Shown here: one piece after another, positions 59,118-64,000 of the stretch
How positions within the stretch are numbered: the stretch's first letter is position 1
Layout: each line of letters begins with the position of its first letter
Origin: Azolla caroliniana
Taxonomy: Eukaryota > Plantae > Polypodiophyta
Assembly (NCBI GenBank): GCA_043228905.1
Contig: JBHGNT010000007.1
Span: 6,076,001 to 6,140,000, forward strand
Reading direction: 5' to 3'
DNA: 64,000 nt
The notes under the pieces: generated by a model
The model's database searches: none
Told to the model about the DNA's origin: nothing
The model's input: only the letters and a program-made list of their open reading frames with translations
Made by a program: the position numbers and the translations under genes

Positions 59118-62100
59118 TGTAGAAAGTAGCGTGCGGAAGCAAGTATGAAGACAGAACAGAGGAAGGAAACTCAGGTTCAATGGAGAGCTTGGGCTTACAC
59201 AGTATACTCGGGAGAGACAGAGAGAGTAGACACAAAAAACTATATTCAACAATAATACTCAATCTATACATAAGACGTGCTCAATGAGCACTTTTATACA
59301 AGTCCTAGAAGGACTGACCGAAGTACTGACAGTACTTCAATGCTCATCAAGAGCTCCTACACTAACTCCCAAATATATTCCTCATGGAATATCTTTCCTA
59401 ACGGCCTCCTGGTTTATGCACTCGGCCTAACCGATTGGTCCCAACCGATCCGGTCCTCGGCTTCTTCAGCCGAACCGGCCGATGTTGAGCTTGTCTCTCA
59501 ACACTCCCCCTCAAGCTCAACTTGAGGCTCTTCGGGATCTTCACAGCACCGGTTCCTCCTGGCTTCTCGCCTCGCTCGCGCTCCTCGACCTGTTCGACTC
59601 CGCGCGCTTCGACCCTTCCGGTTGGCTTGTCTGCTCATGTGGCCCTCATCAGCTCTTCTGTTGTTGCGGTGTTGACGCTTCTTCTGCTGCCTTTTCTTCC
59701 GCTTGGGCCTCGGTTGATTCAGCGTGTCTGAATGAAACATCCGAACCGACTCGGCTACCTCCGATCAGTCTTCGCTCTCATCCGAGTTGGCTGTCTCCAA
59801 CTCGTCTTCGGTCTTCTCGCCCTCGATGGCGTCATCCTCCTCATGCGTGGTTGGCTTCGGCTCTCTCCTTCGGTTGCTCCCCTTCTATCCGCTTCCGAAC
59901 TTTTCGGCGGGTCCACCCTCGGCTTCTTCAGCCGATCCGAAGTTGAACTTGTCAACCGACTCGATGTCGCGGTGTCCGCTCCTTTCCTGCGGCCTTGCTT
60001 GGTCGTTCGGGACTGTTCTCCCCCTCAAGTTCGGCACGTCAAGGTGACGCAAACCGAGCGCACCTGAGAATTGCCGCAACTTGTCCAGACCAAGAGGCTT
60101 TGTGAAGATGTCGACAGTCTGCCGATCCGTCGGAACGTACTGAAGTTTGACTTCACCAGAAAGGACACGCTCACGGACGAAATGGTAGTGCACCTCAATG
60201 TGCTTGGTCCGTGCATGGAAAACGGGGTTTTTCGCGAGCTGGATGCTGCTGAGGTTGTCGCAGTAGATCGTCGTTGGATCGGACACCTCCTCTCGCAGGT
60301 CCTTAAGTAGCCGCTTCAACCATATGGCTTCGCATGTCGTGACAGCCGCTCCTCGGTACTCGGCTTCGGTGCTCGACAGTGCAACTGTCGGCTGCTTCTT
60401 ATTTCTCCACGTGATCGCGGTACTCCCGAGGGAGAACGCGTATCCAGACGTGGATCGGCGATCGGCGGCGTTGCTAGCCCAATCAGCATCGGTGTAGCCG
60501 ACTAACCGTGTGGCTGCACCGGTCCGATATAGCAGTCCCCGGTCCTTAGTGCTGTTGACATACCGAAGTATGCGTTGCACACACTGAAGGTGCTCCTCGG
60601 TAGGTCGCGCCATGAACTGACTGCTCACCTCGACCGGATAACTGAGGTCGGGTCGGGTGATGGTCAAGTATATAAGGCTTCCGACAATTTGTCGGAACCT
60701 CGTCGGGTCGCATACCTTTCCCGTATCGGGACGAAGCTTGATGGTTCTGTTCAGAGGAGTCGAGACGGACTTACAGTCGGCCATCCCGAATTTGAAGAGC
60801 ATACTCAACACGTAATGACGTTGGCTGATCAATATGCCTTCGTGGGTACGGATCACTTCGATCCCGAGGAAGTAATGAAGGTCTCCCAGATCCTTCATGT
60901 TGAATGATGCCGCAAGCTGGAGCTTCACGCGGTCGATTTCACCTAGGTCGGTGCCGGTGATGACCAAGTCATCGACATATAGTAGAATACTAACCGGGCC
61001 GAGTCGACCTTTCCGGATGAACAGGGAAGAGTCCGATTTTGACGTGACGAAGCCCATCCGACGCAGTTGTTGCGTGATCTTCACATTCCAGGCACGCAGG
61101 GCTTGCTTCAGTTCGTAAAGGGACTTCTTCAGTCGGCATACTGCCAAGGAGTTCGTTCCGGAGTGAAATCCGGGGGGTTGTACCATGTACACTTGTTCCT
61201 CAAGGTCACCTTGCAGGAACACATTCTTTACATCCATTTGATGTAGGTGCCAACCCTTGGCCGCGGCTACTGCGAGCAAAACACGAACGGTCGTCATTTT
61301 TGCGACCGGCGCAAATGTCTCATCATAGTCGATGCCGTGTTTCTGCGCGTAGCCCTTTGCCACTAGCCGAGCCTTGTACCGGTTGACCGAGCCGTCGGTG
61401 TTGTACTTGACCTTGTACACCCACCTACACCCGATCGGTTTTACCCCCTTCGGTGCATCTCTTCCTCCATTGCGGCACGCCAATTCGCGTCTTTAGCCGC
61501 TTCTGCGTAGCTCTCCGGCTCACGCACTTCCGCTACACGGGTCATGTACGCATAATGATGCGCTATGTACTCGTTGTATCCGAACCGCAAAACAGGATTC
61601 TTCTGGAAGGTAGATCAGCGTAATCTCACATTAGCTGATGTCGAGGCCTTCTCAGTCGACGCGGTCTTCATCTTTAAAGACCCGTCACCAGTTCCCTCGG
61701 AGTCGGACTCGCATCGGTCTGACTCGTTCCTATCCGTGCCGGAATCCGACACCTTCTTCTTCCCTTTCTCTTTGCGCGTAAGCCGTCTCCTCGGCTTCCT
61801 GCACGGGGAATAAACGGCCGAGTCTCCACTACTCGTTGGCTCTTCATCGGACTGGTCGTACCGACTCAGTCGTCCAATCGGTCCACTTAACCGGAGTGAA
61901 ATCGAACTCTCTTCGCGGGTCTCGATTTCGGGCTCATCCGGAGGCATCTCGGCCTCGCTGACCTCATTGTCAGAGCTCAGATTGGAGTTGAGGTTCGTAG
62001 TCGGGGGCGGGTACCAGGATGCGGACTCATCAAACACAACGTCGCGGCTGACACGCGCTTGTTTGGTGCGAGGGTTATAGCACTTATAACCCTTCTGCTC

Positions 62101-64000
62101 GTCCGAGTAACCGACCTAGATGCATTTCTCGGCCTTTGCGTCCAGCTTCCTCCTTTTCTCCTTCGGTACATGCACATACGCAATGCTACCGAACACCCTC
62201 AAGTGTCGCAAGTTCGGCTTCGTTCCGAAATATAGCTCGTGCGCCGACACTTTGTCTCCGATCCGGTTTTAGATGTATACCGCGATCCTTACCGCCTCGG
62301 CCCAGTAGAACTTGGGCAAAGCTCTTCTCCTCCGGCATTGCCCATGCCGCTTCCACAACTGACCGATTCTTTCTCTCGGCCACGCCGTTCTGCTTCGGCG
62401 TGTATCTACAACTGAATTCGCGGCGAATTCCCATTTGTTGTAGGTAACCGTTGAATTGACCGGAAAAGTACTCTTTCCCGCCATCCGACCGCAGGCACTT
62501 GATCTTTCGTCCCGTTTCGGTTTCCACGAACCCTTTGAGGTCCCGGAAACAGTCGAAGACTTCGCTCTTCCTCTCAATGAGGTAGATCCACGTGTGCCGC
62601 GTGTGGTCGTCGATGAAGGAGACGAAATATAGGCTCCCGCCAAGACTAACGTTTTGTGCCGGCCCCCACACATCGGAGTGTATAAGGTCGAGTTTGTTCC
62701 GGCTCCGGTTTCGCTCGTTGGGGAAGGGAAGTCGGTGTTGCTTCCCGAGCTGGCAGGCCTCACAAATTTGTGCCTTTCGGCCACTAAATTTGGGCAATCC
62801 GAATACTACCTGTTTCGATTGCAGATCTTGAAGCCGTTGGTGGTTGACGTGGCCTATCCGCTTGTGCCACAAGTCGATGTCCGACTCGGTCTTTTGTCCC
62901 TTTGCGAACATTGCGGTGCCGCCGTTAGTGGAGTCGAGGATGAACATCCTCCCGTCTTTGCGCCCTTGCGCAATCACACGGCCTTCTTCCTCAATGAAGC
63001 ACCCGAGGTGTGTAAACCGAACCTCCATCCCTTGGTCGACGATCTGTCCGACCGAGACCAAGTATTTCATGATTGTCGGAACGTGCAGCACGTTCATGAG
63101 TTTCCCTTTCTGCCCGACATGGCCCAGGGGAACTTCTCCGACATTCGCGATCGGATGCGGAGTGTCGTCTCCTATTGCGACTACTCCAGGTTGTATCGGT
63201 TTTTCAAGGTACGAGAACCACTCCTTATGGCTCGTCATGTGGTTTGACGCGCCGGAGTCTACGTACCACACCTCGTCCGATCTCAGGGTGCTCTTTTTCA
63301 TTGAGTTTGCTTCGTGTCTCGTCACGAAGACAGACCCTTCTCCGACTCTCCTAGAGTCTTGGGTGTAGTGTGATCGCTGCCGATTTCCCTTGTCGGTATG
63401 TCTGGAGCCGTTCTCGGAACCAGTTCTCTCCGAATCGGCGCGCTTCTTCCAACACTCACTTTCCTTGTGGCCTTTCTTGCCACAGTACCAGCACTCCGTG
63501 ACGGACTTCCCTTGCTGGTTCTCATCGCTTCGACTCCCCCTATTTCCGGAGGGTCCGGAGTTGCTGTCGGCATCACTTCGGTGCCTTCTTTCTTGATCTC
63601 GTCGGCTGCCTCCATTGCGTGCCGACTCGCCTCGTCCTCCACGTCCACGGGGCCTATCTCCCTCCGTGTACAACATTCTGTTGTCGGTGTGCGTGCTTGT
63701 AGACGCACCCGCGTGATTCTCCTCTACCAAGAGCATCGACTGTAAGTCGAAAAAGGACGGCGTATTCTCCCGGGTACACACAGTGTTCGGAACGCTCCAA
63801 ACTTCGACGCCAAACCTCCAAGACAGATCTGGACCATCTCGCTCTCCTCGATGTTCACCTCTATGGAGGCGAGGGAGTCGCAGATATCCTTGATCTTCGA
63901 GGTATAGTCCGCCACCGACAAGTCGCGTTGTCGTAGGTTGCTCAACTCCTGTCGGAGCTGAAGCTTCCTGGTTGTGGTGCTCGCGGCGAAAATCTTCTTC
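59118..64000 (-). mobile_element. Element H: Ty1/copia retrotransposon (same family as C), continues beyond the window
   Basis: 3' LTR 59118-59503 with PPT TTGAGGGGGAG. RT-RH 59885-61483 (YVDD, YTDADWA). Gag-PR-INT 62186-63945. Several frameshifts and a deletion at the RT start. Confidence 0.93.
59885..64000 (-). pseudogene. pol: copia polyprotein of H
   Basis: ORF pieces 63724-63945, 62186-63781, 61615-62037 and 59885-61483. Confidence 0.92.

Overview
This window is eukaryotic, transposon-saturated DNA with no host gene that I can support. The element families suggest a non-seed land plant (moss, lycophyte or fern); that is an inference. It is a deep nest of LTR retrotransposons. (1) Five copies of a tRNA-Trp-primed Ty3/gypsy family, called A, B, D, E and G here. 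B is inserted in A and E in D. E (25156-32283) is intact with apparently identical LTRs. The family makes 4-bp CpG-centred TSDs, encodes a D-H-G protease in the gag frame, and has a conserved -1 frameshift signal (G GAU UUU plus a predicted pseudoknot). (2) Four Ty1/copia remnants. (3) A truncated chromovirus. (4) A LINE endonuclease fragment. (5) A Sola-like DDD transposase pseudogene. (6) An Athila/Tat-related gypsy element F (45154-55026) with a large extra ORF, and a non-coding 3.1-kb LTR element N (41851-44997). The strongest signal is in F and N. Both have a tRNA-Arg-type PBS after the 5' LTR and no polypurine tract. Where the PPT should be, both carry a copy of the 3' end of a second tRNA-Arg (...GGCGTGCCA). 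This suggests an autonomous/non-autonomous pair in which tRNAs prime both DNA strands. All tRNA and clade assignments are from memory and need database confirmation.
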